Of a stretch of DNA of 64,000 nt, positions 42,931 to 52,682 are shown in pieces. The notes beneath the pieces were generated by a model that did not search any database, was not told the origin of the DNA, and saw nothing but the letters and a program-made list of their open reading frames with translations. A program made the translations under genes and the position numbers. Origin of the DNA: Leptolyngbyaceae cyanobacterium (GTDB lineage Bacteria > Cyanobacteriota > Cyanobacteriia > Phormidesmidales > Phormidesmidaceae); assembly GCA_965263355.1 (NCBI GenBank), contig CBDHHL010000032.1:2560001-2624000 (forward strand), written 5' to 3'. Numbering within the stretch: position 1 is the first letter of the stretch; every line of letters starts with the position of its first letter.

Positions 42931-43836
42931 TCATATTAAACCAAGGACACGACGCACGGCATTATCCAAATCCTCGCCTGAAGGAAGATTTACTCCAGTT
43001 ATAAATCGACGGGAGAATTCTTCTAATTCAAACTTAATTTCTCTCGAAAGAACAAGATGACGTTGTGATCCATGCTGAACTGGCTCAGATAATGAGTAAG
43101 TATGAACTGTCAAAACATCTGGTGCATTGGTATTCACAAGGGGAATATCAGTGCCAATGACATTCTCAAATTTTCTGTATACGATGTCTGGGAGTAAAAA
43201 GTACAAACCGCTTTTGACCAAAGTCGACCTTGAGTAAATCAGTCCTTTGCGTATCAACTGTGGGATTAAACGTTTATGCACATTGGCCCAGTTCATACCA
43301 TGTCCAGATTTTGGAATTAGCGTATCTGATGAGGTTAAGTTTTTGTAAGCATACCAGTTGTCACGATAGTTTCCAGTGATGTCAATGCTTTGAACTTCAA
43401 TACCTACATACTCGATAAGCTCTCCGTTATCAACTTTAGCTAATACCCAGTCCATGGATAGGCTCGTTCCCAATTTGACTTCCCTGCCTGATGTTTGCCC
43501 CAGAGCAACAATACACTCTGCGACTTCATTTCGACGAGGAATATATTCTTCATAGGTTAGAAACTCAAAGCCATCTCCAAATGCATCATGTACGACTCTT
43601 CTCAAGGAAGCATATCGACTTTCATACATTCGGTTAGGACAAATTATGCAGTCTCCATAAGGGGACGTGACGCTGCATGTTCCATAGGTAATAGTTTGAT
43701 CGTGATTTGTCTTAGTGCATGCTTTTTCAATAAATGGACATGCTCCCAACTTCCATAAACTTCGACTCACATCAGATAAATCATCTGGTGCATATCCAAA
43801 GATCTCAACAATATCTTTTCTGGGCCTTTGCACCAT
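42931..43836 (-). CDS. NotI-family restriction endonuclease
   Basis: EIFG..CPF...C.K....GTCSV....ICPNR Cys4 motif; MDWVL..GIEVQSIDITGNY; NWANVHKRLIPQL. Confidence 0.85.
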   Translation of the reverse strand: MVQRPRKDIVEIFGYAPDDLSDVSRSLWKLGACPFIEKACTKTNHDQTITYGTCSVTSPYGDCIICPNRMYESRYASLRRVVHDAFGDGFEFLTYEEYIPRRNEVAECIVALGQTSGREVKLGTSLSMDWVLAKVDNGELIEYVGIEVQSIDITGNYRDNWYAYKNLTSSDTLIPKSGHGMNWANVHKRLIPQLIRKGLIYSRSTLVKSGLYFLLPDIVYRKFENVIGTDIPLVNTNAPDVLTVHTYSLSEPVQHGSQRHLVLSREIKFELEEFSRRFITGVNLPSGEDLDNAVRRVLGLI

Positions 43837-43839
43837 TTT

Positions 43840-45003
43840 CTAGTTACCTATCATGATTTTTATGGATTCTCCAATGGCCTTTGCCATCAGTGGTGGAACC
43901 GCATTACCAACCTGTTCATACTGTTGAGTGACGCTTCCTGTGAATTTGTAGTGATCTGGAAAGGATTGGATACGAGCTGCTTCACGCACTGAAATTACTC
44001 GATCCTGTTCTGGATGGAAAAAGCTACCCCAATGTGGATCACATTTTGTTAAAACAGTTGAGCATAAGGATTCAGGGTGTAGTCTTCCGTAGCGTTTAGT
44101 GTGGTCACTACGTCGTGCCCTTTTCATCCCAGCAGGTAAGAGTTCATAGGGAATATCACGCCAGCTTCCGCCTTGTGGAATATGTTTTAATCTTTCCAAA
44201 TTTACTTTTCCTAAATTTGCACAACTATGATTCCAGACTTGATGTGAATCATGGCGTAAGTGAGCTTGATATTCATTCTGAGGAGCTTTTGCATAATCCA
44301 GAGCTTCGTTTCTACTTCCACTCTCGATAGATGGCAAATCAGAAATAGCCTCCCATACGGTTGTGTGTTGCTTTAGGGTCGAAGCAAAAAGCGGAGGAAT
44401 GTCAAAACACAACTCTTTTGCTCCTGCAAAGTTTGCAATAGCTCTAGCATTATACGTAGGCTTTGGAAATTCGATTTCTTTAGTATGTTGTCTAATACCA
44501 ATAAATATCGTCCTGAAACGCATTTGTGGCACACCATAATGTCCAGCGAACAAAATGCGATGTTTAACAACGTATCCCAATGATTGAAGCACCTTATAAA
44601 TTTGTTCAACTACTGTGCCTTTGCCAAGTTGGACAATCCCCGTAACATTTTCAATTAAGATTGCTTTAGGCTTTAAGACGGCAACTACTCGAAGAAAGTC
44701 TTTAAATAGATGATTGCGTTCATCATCAAGGCTTCTTACAGGTGCATTTACTGAAAAACCTTGACAAGGTGGCCCCCCAGCCAATAGATCCAACTCACCA
44801 ACCTTAAGATTAAGCTTTTGCTTCAAATCTAGCTCAAATACCTGACGAACATCGCTAACGATAACTTTGACACTGGGATGATTTTTTTGGTATGTCTCTG
44901 CGTACTGACCCACTATTTCATTAGCCAATATGGCTTGGAAACCAGCCATTTCCAACCCACACGATAAACCACCTGCACCAGCGAATAAATCAATAAACTT
45001 CAC
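43840..45003 (-). CDS. C5 DNA cytosine methyltransferase
   Basis: DLFAGAGG, GGPPCQGFS, IENV, GVPQ.R.R, REAARIQSFPD, QVGNAVPP. Confidence 0.97.
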   Translation of the reverse strand: MKFIDLFAGAGGLSCGLEMAGFQAILANEIVGQYAETYQKNHPSVKVIVSDVRQVFELDLKQKLNLKVGELDLLAGGPPCQGFSVNAPVRSLDDERNHLFKDFLRVVAVLKPKAILIENVTGIVQLGKGTVVEQIYKVLQSLGYVVKHRILFAGHYGVPQMRFRTIFIGIRQHTKEIEFPKPTYNARAIANFAGAKELCFDIPPLFASTLKQHTTVWEAISDLPSIESGSRNEALDYAKAPQNEYQAHLRHDSHQVWNHSCANLGKVNLERLKHIPQGGSWRDIPYELLPAGMKRARRSDHTKRYGRLHPESLCSTVLTKCDPHWGSFFHPEQDRVISVREAARIQSFPDHYKFTGSVTQQYEQVGNAVPPLMAKAIGESIKIMIGN

Positions 45004-45205
45004 GCAAATAATTTTAAAGCACCGATAGATTCTACCAAAATCAGTGAGCGATCCATTTGGCTTGAGTGAGTAAGATGAGGTCTTATGAGCCCAGTCTTGA
45101 GACAGGTTTTTAGAGCTACTGATTTAGAAGTGTCTCAAACCTCAAAAATTTGTACTCATAGCAAGATTGAAATTCATGCGGCTGGGTAACAGGGTGTTGT
45201 TGGTA

Positions 45206-45287
45206 GCCTAACTTTGAGCTGAGCGGCGGGCAATACTTTTGCCTCTACCTGGACTTTAAATCCGTCCGCTCCTTCACAGAGTTAGAC
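45206..45287 (-). other. attC-like recombination site
   Basis: Minus GTCTAAC...CCGCCGCTCAGCTCAAA-GTTAGGC; nearly identical to 41971-42052. Confidence 0.85.
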
Positions 45288-45311
45288 GGCAAGAGCGATC
45301 GCACCTCGCCT

Positions 45312-46102
45312 GTAGGTTGGGTTGAGTTAGCGAAACCCAACAATATCAGAGCGATCGCACCTCGCCTGTAGGTTGGGTTGAGTTAGCGAAACCCAACAAT
45401 ATCAGAATATTCACCTAATCCCAATCCATCTTTTCCATCATTTTAATTTCTCCACCAGCACCCCAATCACTCGGATAATACCCCCGCTCAACATACCCAT
45501 GAAAACTTGAATACGACCAATCGCACGGAGAGTCAACTAACTGGTGACTGACCGGATTATAGTGAATATAGTCAACATGTCGTGAAAAATCTTTTTCATC
45601 GCGAATCTGATGCTCCCAAAATCGACGCTGCCAGATAGCTTGTTCTTTTTTCGTCTGGCGGCTTGATGACCGTTGTCGCTTGTAATGTGCTGGGCAATGT
45701 CAGCTGAAATACGTCTTAATCAATCGCCAACGGGTGGAAAAATCGGCATCTCCGTCGGGCAAGGTCCAGATGCAATGTAGATGGTCGGGTAGTACCACAA
45801 TTGCGTCAATATTAAACGGATGACGTTGTTTGACGGTGTGGAAGGCTTCGCGCAGTAGTTGAATCGTTTGCTCAGTTTTGAAGAGGTGCTGGCGGTTGTA
45901 GGTGACTATGGTGAAGACGTAGGTTGCACCGGGTGTGGTGGCGCGGCGGTATTGCATGGGGGTGGCCTATCGGATGTAGGTTTAGGATAGGCAGGATGAG
46001 GGCTAGGATAACTGTGGGTGTTGGGTTTCATGATTCAACCCAACCTACGGCGAGGTGCGATCGCTCTGTGGGTGTTGGGTTTCATGATTCAACCCAACCT
46101 AC
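45312..46102. mobile_element. REP-flanked RAYT unit, copy 2 (REPs doubled)
   Basis: REPs at 45312-45342, 45368-45398, 46019-46048 and 46073-46102. Confidence 0.85.
45415..45957 (-). pseudogene. RAYT transposase, nonsense-disrupted
   Basis: Same TGA after KTYFS as copy 1; remainder of the frame intact. Confidence 0.9.
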
Positions 46103-46149
46103 GGCGAGGTGAGATCGCTCTCTAAAGATTGCTTAGAGTGCTCGTGTAT

Positions 46150-46173
46150 CGCCGTTGCAACACAGTGTTAGCT
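46150..46173 (-). other. half attC-like site (R''/L'' only)
   Basis: Minus AGCTAAC-actgt-GTTGCAACGGCG, like 20640-20663; right arm missing. Confidence 0.65.
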
Positions 46174-46190
46174 GGTTTGGGCAGACGCTA

Positions 46191-46721
46191 CTATGCAGCT
46201 AGCAAGCGACTCATTTGCTCTTTCAGTAATGGAGATACCGTCAAAGGCTTGTATGTTTCACCTTCGTAAGGCTGCCAAACATAGCCTGAACTAAACGCTC
46301 TAAATAAAGATGGTGAACCAAGTAACTGCCAAGTACCCTCAGATAAAACCAATCCTGGTATATTCAGGGTAGATGACTCATTTGATAATTCGTCAAACGT
46401 CCTGAATTCATCAACTTCAAGGCCGACTAAGGCATAGCGAAAGGTAGGAGCAGACTGCAAATATTGATAAAGCAGAATACCTACCTCTGTCATTAAGTAA
46501 GCTGAGTCTGGCGTTTCAATGCCGATTGTGCTTATGCCATCAGGACATATCCGACACCACCAGTTTTCATCAATGTCTTGAAAAATAGTGGGACGGCATT
46601 GAGATTGAGAACCATTTGATAGCGACCATGAAACAGCCTCAAAATGTTGAGCGAATTGAGCTGCTGTGATCTGGTCTGAGCCACATTCCGCCGATAGACT
46701 AAATACCCATGCCATCATCAA
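46191..46721 (-). CDS. hypothetical protein (candidate immunity/antitoxin)
   Basis: Overlaps the stop of the upstream ORF; acidic and aromatic composition. Confidence 0.65.
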   Translation of the reverse strand: MMMAWVFSLSAECGSDQITAAQFAQHFEAVSWSLSNGSQSQCRPTIFQDIDENWWCRICPDGISTIGIETPDSAYLMTEVGILLYQYLQSAPTFRYALVGLEVDEFRTFDELSNESSTLNIPGLVLSEGTWQLLGSPSLFRAFSSGYVWQPYEGETYKPLTVSPLLKEQMSRLLAA

Positions 46722-47163
46722 TCACCTTTTGCCAATAGTTCTGAGTTTTTGCTAATGCTGCCTCATACCGCTCTAGTAGCATTGTAACCCTTGGCATAAT
46801 GCTGACATGGGTAGCGCTGTCTTGGATGGCTTCTAAATCACCATCAATATATTTGCTGTCAATTTGCCATAAGGGATCTCGACCGGTTCCTCCGAAAGCC
46901 TTGGGTTTCCGAAAAGGTGGCAACCCCTCAATAGATAGCGATGTGGACATGCCTTTTGTAGTTCTGATAGCGACTTCCACCTGTAACCCTGAATCATCTC
47001 GTTTCGCCTCAGGATGCAAATAACCTTGAGCATCGAGCCAACCTTGCAGCATATGAGACACATCAATATCTACTCCAGGTCTAATTCCTAGAAGACGAGC
47101 GCTACGACCTAATTTTGGTTTGCCATCCGCTGCTGCCATACCTCGATAGTAAAGCCGTGCCAT
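46699..47163 (-). CDS. hypothetical protein, possible Tse2-like ADP-ribosyltransferase toxin
   Basis: YYRGM...KGMSTS...HVSIMP spacing recalls ART-fold toxins; family call is tentative. Confidence 0.55.
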   Translation of the reverse strand: MARLYYRGMAAADGKPKLGRSARLLGIRPGVDIDVSHMLQGWLDAQGYLHPEAKRDDSGLQVEVAIRTTKGMSTSLSIEGLPPFRKPKAFGGTGRDPLWQIDSKYIDGDLEAIQDSATHVSIMPRVTMLLERYEAALAKTQNYWQKVIDDGMGI

Positions 47164-47255
47164 CAGGTTATCGGAGATTCACTTCAGAGGTTATGCTAAA
47201 CCACTTGTGGCATACAAAAGGAATATATTAAGGCTTCTTGTATATCGATACTGAC

Positions 47256-47340
47256 AGCTAACGAGTAGCTGAGCGGCGGTCGGTATTTCTGTTTCAGTGC
47301 CTGGATTATAAATTCCGTCCGCTCCTGCGCAGGGTTAGCT
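47256..47340 (-). other. attC-like recombination site
   Basis: Minus AGCTAAC-cctgc-GCAGGAGCGGACGG...CCGCCGCTCAGC-tactc-GTTAGCT. Confidence 0.88.
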
Positions 47341-47347
47341 GGCTACA

Positions 47348-47695
47348 TCAAATGTAAAGAATTTGGTTTTCCATTTCATCTGCTGTAGTGCTGTCGAGAA
47401 TTGTAAGTAATCTACGCACGATTTCTGTATAGGGCCTTCTAACTGCAATGATAATTCCAGAATGAGATTTATTTGTATTAAAGTACTCTTGGGCAAGACT
47501 TTCAAAGTCAGTGCGATTGTGCGTTAAGATGGCCGCTCCAAGGCTAGTTGCAAATTCTAATTGCTCTGCATCCGATTTCCTACGCTGTCCGGCTTGTGTT
47601 GTTGTCGTTGCATTGAAACCACGAGAACGCAAAAGATTTGAAATTAGAACGTCAACGTCTTCGTCCAAATAAACGTGAATAAAAATACCACTCAT
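47348..47695 (-). CDS. DUF5615 PIN-like toxin
   Basis: YLDEDV..LRSRG..SDAEQLEFA..ILTHNRTDF..HSGII. Confidence 0.9.
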   Translation of the reverse strand: MSGIFIHVYLDEDVDVLISNLLRSRGFNATTTTQAGQRRKSDAEQLEFATSLGAAILTHNRTDFESLAQEYFNTNKSHSGIIIAVRRPYTEIVRRLLTILDSTTADEMENQILYI

Positions 47696-47699
47696 ACAG

Positions 47700-47981
47700 T
47701 CATAAGTTCCGCACTCGTGGGTCAATCAGCTCATCAGGAATACGATTTCGCTCAATGTATTCGTTGATTTCTGCTTGATGATCCAGATAATAGCTGAGTG
47801 CATCAAAAACCTGGGATAAACCGAGGTGTGGCAGTCTTTGGGGGATTTCCTCAGGTGAAACTCCAATACGCCACATTTTTACAATTGCTCTAACAGGCGT
47901 ACGAGTACCTTTAATAATAGGTTCACTGCTCAGTATTTCGTCATTTCTGACAATATGGCAGTGCTCTGTCGTTTGTACCAT
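47700..47981 (-). CDS. DUF433 antitoxin
   Basis: PIIKGTRTPV..G.SPEEI...PHL.LSQVFDALSYY. Confidence 0.92.
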   Translation of the reverse strand: MVQTTEHCHIVRNDEILSSEPIIKGTRTPVRAIVKMWRIGVSPEEIPQRLPHLGLSQVFDALSYYLDHQAEINEYIERNRIPDELIDPRVRNL

Positions 47982-48115
47982 ACTGATATTCCAGAGGGAT
48001 CAATAATATATAGAATCAGTTCTATTTTAGCTTGAAAGGAAATTTCCAAGCCGGTTCAATTTATTAGGGCTGAGTCGTTAGAAAATCATCAAAAACATAG
48101 GATAAATCGAGATGC

Positions 48116-48586
48116 TCAACTTCGAACACGCCTACGGACGGGAAGACGTGCATCCACATCAACTTCGTATGCAATGCACAATTCACGAATATTTTGACAA
48201 GCATCGATAGCCCAATTGACCCGCTCCGTAGCGTAGGTCAAACCACAACTACTAACCCCATGCACCAATCGATGTCGCAACCGAAATGCTTTCAAGAGCC
48301 CATCCCAATCTCTGACAACATCAGGTAAGCGTTGATTAACGTTTGGAAATACTTCTTCCTTCCACAGATTTTTGTAAGCTTTACATCCATGACAGCCATC
48401 TAGTTTAGCCCGAATGTCCACATTGGGAGATGTTCCAAGTGCAATAATTGAACGACGAACAGTCCACTCAAAATGGATTACTGAGAGTAATGCTGATAGT
48501 GATGGGTCTTCAGCCAACAATTTTTGAATTCGTTGCTCTCTCGCTGAGCTAGAATCTTTCACTAAAAACATTAGTTTTTCTTTCAA
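48116..48586 (-). CDS. hypothetical protein with HEPN-like RxxxxH motif
   Basis: Helical protein with FEWTVR and RHRLVHG; start probably ATG 48571. Confidence 0.6.
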   Translation of the reverse strand: MKEKLMFLVKDSSSAREQRIQKLLAEDPSLSALLSVIHFEWTVRRSIIALGTSPNVDIRAKLDGCHGCKAYKNLWKEEVFPNVNQRLPDVVRDWDGLLKAFRLRHRLVHGVSSCGLTYATERVNWAIDACQNIRELCIAYEVDVDARLPVRRRVRS

Positions 48587-48637
48587 GAACCGCTCTTAAC
48601 AATGATAATCCGGTTCTCATAGCAAGTTGCCAGCTAA

Positions 48638-50093
48638 AGAATCTATGCAAGCCGTGAGAGGCTATAGAATCCAGCTATCCCCTCTTATACTTGGAGAAAC
48701 GTTATGAAGATTCTAGCGATTGACCTGGGCAAAGTCAACTGTGTACGTGTCTGCTGGACACGGAAAGTAACGCGACTGAATTTGATACGTTTAAGACGTA
48801 CCGACGGGAATTTAAAGAAATATTACATCTTACTCAACCCCACTTGGTAGTAGTGGAAACATGTTCGATTACCGGATGGGTGCATGATCTGTGTGTTGCT
48901 GAAGACTATCAAGTACTGGTGGCCGATCCCAGTCAGGAGGCGTGGCGTTGGAAAAACGTCAAACGCAAAACGGATAAAGACGATGCACTGAAGTTAGCAA
49001 AACTGGCGGCTCTCGAGCAGATCAACCCAGTGTACGTGCCTGCACCAGAGACTCGACAATATCGGCACTTGGTGAAGTATCGAAAAGTGGTGGTTTGGCG
49101 TATCAATCGGGTTCAAAATGCGATTCGTGCGTTGTTTGATCAACACGGGGTGAAAATACCATCAGGTCACCGAGCCTGGACCATCCAGGGGATTGACGAA
49201 TTAAGCCAACACCGCCGAGTGCTGGCGGAGTGCGATGAGCACAATCTATGGCGTGGGGAATTAGAGTTAGAATTAACGATGCTGGACCAACTATGGGAGC
49301 ACCTGGCAACCATTGAACGGAAATTAGAAATACTCGCAAAGCAGGAGGAGCGCATCCAACTATTGCAGACCATTCCTGGGGTTGGTCGTAAAACAGCCGA
49401 AGTGATTGTCACTTGTTTGGATGATCCGAAGCGATTTGAAAATTCGCGGCAAGTGTGTGCCTATGCTGGATTAATACCCCAACAACATCAATCCGGACAA
49501 ACCAATCGCTTGGGTAAGATTACTAAACGGGGACCAAGATTACTCCGAACGGCATTAGTGGAAGTGTCCTGGCTGATGTTGCGTCACAACGAATGGGCGG
49601 CAGCTACTTATGCACGCATTAGTGGAGGACAGAAGACCCGCAAGAAAACAGCGATTGTAGCCGTTGCCCGGAAGTTGTTGGTGCGATGTTGGGCAATGTT
49701 GTTACACAACCAGCCGTGGAATCCAGAGTTAGCTCAGCCAACAACATAGATAACAATATCTAGAAGAGAGAATGAAGAGAACAAAGTGAGACTCTAGCAT
49801 GAGCTTGAAGCTCCACGTAATCTGAAACAAGGTTGCTCTAACGAATAAGCCATGCACCTTTGTAAAAACTCTTGAGACAATGCAGTAGAACACACGTTCA
49901 AATAGCATTGACACCTCGGATAGTCGGTTAAATCCACTTTGCCCTCATTAATTCTCAATCAAAAAGACAGTCCTAAGAACAAAGGTAAATCATCTTGACT
50001 AACAACAAGATGAGAGATTGATGTGGATAGAAAATGAGAGACTCTCCGAAAAAATATGCCGAAACCCACTTGACACGTTCACGGCTTCATAGT
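48638..50093 (+). mobile_element. IS110-family (IS1111-like) element, copy 2, inserted in attC
   Basis: Near-identical to 39498-40976; flanks AGCTAA^CGGGGAGCTG rebuild an attC core. Confidence 0.92.
48704..49749 (+). pseudogene. IS110 transposase, frameshifted
   Basis: 1-bp deletion near 48745 (GTGTACGTG vs GTGTATCGTG in copy 1). Confidence 0.88.
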
Positions 50094-50172
50094 CGGGGAG
50101 CTGAGCGGCGGTCAATACTTTTGCATTGACGCCTAAATGGTAAATTCCGTCCGCTCCTGCGTAGGGTTAGGC
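50094..50172 (-). other. attC-like site interrupted by IS copy 2
   Basis: Minus GCCTAAC-cctac-GCAGGAGCGGACGG...CCGCCGCTCAGCTCCCCG; TTAGCT continues at 48637-48632. Confidence 0.88.
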
Positions 50173-50549
50173 AGCAGGGCCAGGGGCATTATCCGCTGCC
50201 TTGAGGAATTAATTTATGAGCATGGTGCGGTCCTAAAAATGTATCGATAGGGCATTGGGCGTTGCAGCAGGGGCCGCACCCTACAGCTTGCTATGGGAAA
50301 CTGATTAATGGATTAAATTTTTCAATCAAACTCATAAAAACTCCTCCACATCAAGCATTGGGTGTGACCTGAATTTAATGTGGTTCAAATGATCTACAAT
50401 ATGTATACTCCTTTGAGCCTAGCTTTGAGAATAATTCGATGTCTCGGGTTGCTATTCTGAGCCCTGCCTCAAAAGTTCACATCGTTTTTCGTTTACGCTA
50501 AGAACTATATAGAGTAGGCGATCTAAGCGAAAAATGGTAGACATCATAT

Positions 50550-52343
50550 TTAGGTCACACCCCAAGCATTTTGTGTGTCTGACAACAAACTACCTGCAAC
50601 TTTTGTTGGAATAAGCGTAGGATAAAAAACCATTTGAAAGGAATTTTTGATCAGCTCAACCAGTTGCTTGTCAGCTATTGATAAATTCTTAAATTCTTTT
50701 GCAGACAGTTGCAAACCATGTGCGTGTAAGAATTCAACTAATTTATCGACTTCAAAAGTGAATTCATTTGCTAAGCTTAAATACTGAGTAAAATAAAAAC
50801 CTATCATTCCTAAGGTTATACCTCTTATTAAATCAGTTGTTGAACTATTTTTACGCTCTGCAAGGCGGGTCAATTGTTCTGATATGCTATCTAGCTTTTT
50901 CTTGATCTCAGAATTTTGCAGGGACAGTTCGATAATTCCATCCTTTAATTCATCACTTAAGCAGTATACTTCTTCAATATCCTTTTTTCTCGCTAATTCG
51001 TGATACTTTCGGTTTATTCTCATAGAGAGCAATTCGCTCGCTATATCCTCATTAACAAAGTACATAGCCTTTTCATCACGCCAATTATTGCCGTCCAATG
51101 CGTGAAATTGAATGAAATAAGGAAGATCTTTGAAAGAAATCTCAACTGGAACACAAAATGTCCATCCATTAAATGGTTCTGCCATCGGCTTATAGGCTAT
51201 TTTGTCGGTTTCAAGGCAAAGTTTCTGTGCATATTTAACCGCATGGACAGGTGACTTATTAGAAAAGCCAACATAAATATGTTCTTCAAACAATTGATTG
51301 ATCAGCTTGGCTTTATTTTCCTGTTTAACAATTAATACCTCTGCATCAATAAGTGGAGTCTCTGTTTGAAGGGCTAGGATTTCAGTAGTTAATTTTGCAA
51401 GACTCACATTATCAATAGTGACATGGGTCGCGACAGCTACGTATGAAGGAATTCTAGGTGCATTTCTTCCAAGTATTCTGTTGAAGAAGGTTATTTTAGA
51501 ATTGGTAGTGACCTTTGATAACTTTGACTCAACTATTTGCTTGACTTCTTCTTTTTCAATGTCAAGATTATTTCTATTTACTATTATTGGATTATTGTTA
51601 TTGAACTTGATATGTTTGGGTATGTCCACGTCTGAAGGGATTTCAGCCAGCCATGCCTTACCAACTCTTGCTGGAAGAGTACTAAGACACTGTTGAGATT
51701 TCTCCCATCTACTATTTAATTGTGCAATAGAATTTAAAGAAACTAAGAGTGGAATGTCAGGCCATTGTGCTAGAAGTTTACTAGCTTTAAGCGTTTTAAG
51801 TTGTTCTATAGTTTTTCCTGCTTGCTCTTTAGCCTCACTAGCCCATTTCGAATTAGCAAATGTTCTATTGATATTAATGATTTCTGAAACACCTTTTGCT
51901 CCTAGTGCAGCTATAAATCCAATAGGACCTGTAGTAAAAAGTAGTCCAGCAGCAAAGACTGCACCAGAAACATTAGCCACTATTGCTTGGTCAGCAGTAT
52001 TTTTCTGAGAATCTAGAGCTTCTACAGTAGGATGATAATTACCCAACTTTGCCACTTGCTGAGAGAGACTCCCAGATTTAAGCCTAGAACGAATGTTGCC
52101 AAACATGTTGAACTGATGTACTATAGCTCCTCCTATTAAAGCAACCCATCGCTTAGACTCACCTAATCCATTTTGAATTGTTTGAAGCGCCGTAATAAGT
52201 TGGTCAAGATCCTGGTAAGTAACAGCTTCATGTAGCCCACTTTCCTTAAGTTGTTGCAAAATGCCAACAACTTCTTTGTCCTGAAACTCTTTTATTAACA
52301 ACTGTTCAATTTTATTTGACTTAGCTACAGCCTCTAAGCTCAT
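50550..52343 (-). CDS. hypothetical protein (cassette gene; coiled coils and hydrophobic hairpin)
   Basis: 597-aa AT-rich ORF alone between two attC-like sites. Confidence 0.8.
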   Translation of the reverse strand: MSLEAVAKSNKIEQLLIKEFQDKEVVGILQQLKESGLHEAVTYQDLDQLITALQTIQNGLGESKRWVALIGGAIVHQFNMFGNIRSRLKSGSLSQQVAKLGNYHPTVEALDSQKNTADQAIVANVSGAVFAAGLLFTTGPIGFIAALGAKGVSEIININRTFANSKWASEAKEQAGKTIEQLKTLKASKLLAQWPDIPLLVSLNSIAQLNSRWEKSQQCLSTLPARVGKAWLAEIPSDVDIPKHIKFNNNNPIIVNRNNLDIEKEEVKQIVESKLSKVTTNSKITFFNRILGRNAPRIPSYVAVATHVTIDNVSLAKLTTEILALQTETPLIDAEVLIVKQENKAKLINQLFEEHIYVGFSNKSPVHAVKYAQKLCLETDKIAYKPMAEPFNGWTFCVPVEISFKDLPYFIQFHALDGNNWRDEKAMYFVNEDIASELLSMRINRKYHELARKKDIEEVYCLSDELKDGIIELSLQNSEIKKKLDSISEQLTRLAERKNSSTTDLIRGITLGMIGFYFTQYLSLANEFTFEVDKLVEFLHAHGLQLSAKEFKNLSIADKQLVELIKNSFQMVFYPTLIPTKVAGSLLSDTQNAWGVT

Positions 52344-52579
52344 TATCCCAAGATCCCCAATAAAAGAATAGAAATTGAGTAGACGGTATCCTAATCAAAT
52401 GACCAATTTTGACTTCTAAAAAGTTAAACCCTAAAGAAATAGTTCCTCTCATTTGAAGACAAACTTGTGACAGATACCTTGGAGTTCAATTCAAGTCTAA
52501 GATCGAATCCTACGAAAAATCTTTATAGAACTTAATATTTTTGTTTTAAGCTTGGAGAGATTAATACTCAAAATTGTCT

Positions 52580-52665
52580 GTCTAACGTTGCTGTTCAGCG
52601 GCTGGCAACAAAATATAACTCCTTCCAATAACTCATGTCAGTCCGCTGAAACAGACTTGTTAGGC
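52580..52665 (-). other. attC-like recombination site
   Basis: Minus GCCTAAC-aagtct-GTTTCAGCGGACTGACA...TGCCAGCCGCTGAAC-agcaac-GTTAGAC. Confidence 0.88.
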
Positions 52666-52682
52666 TAAAGTGTCGATCTAAG

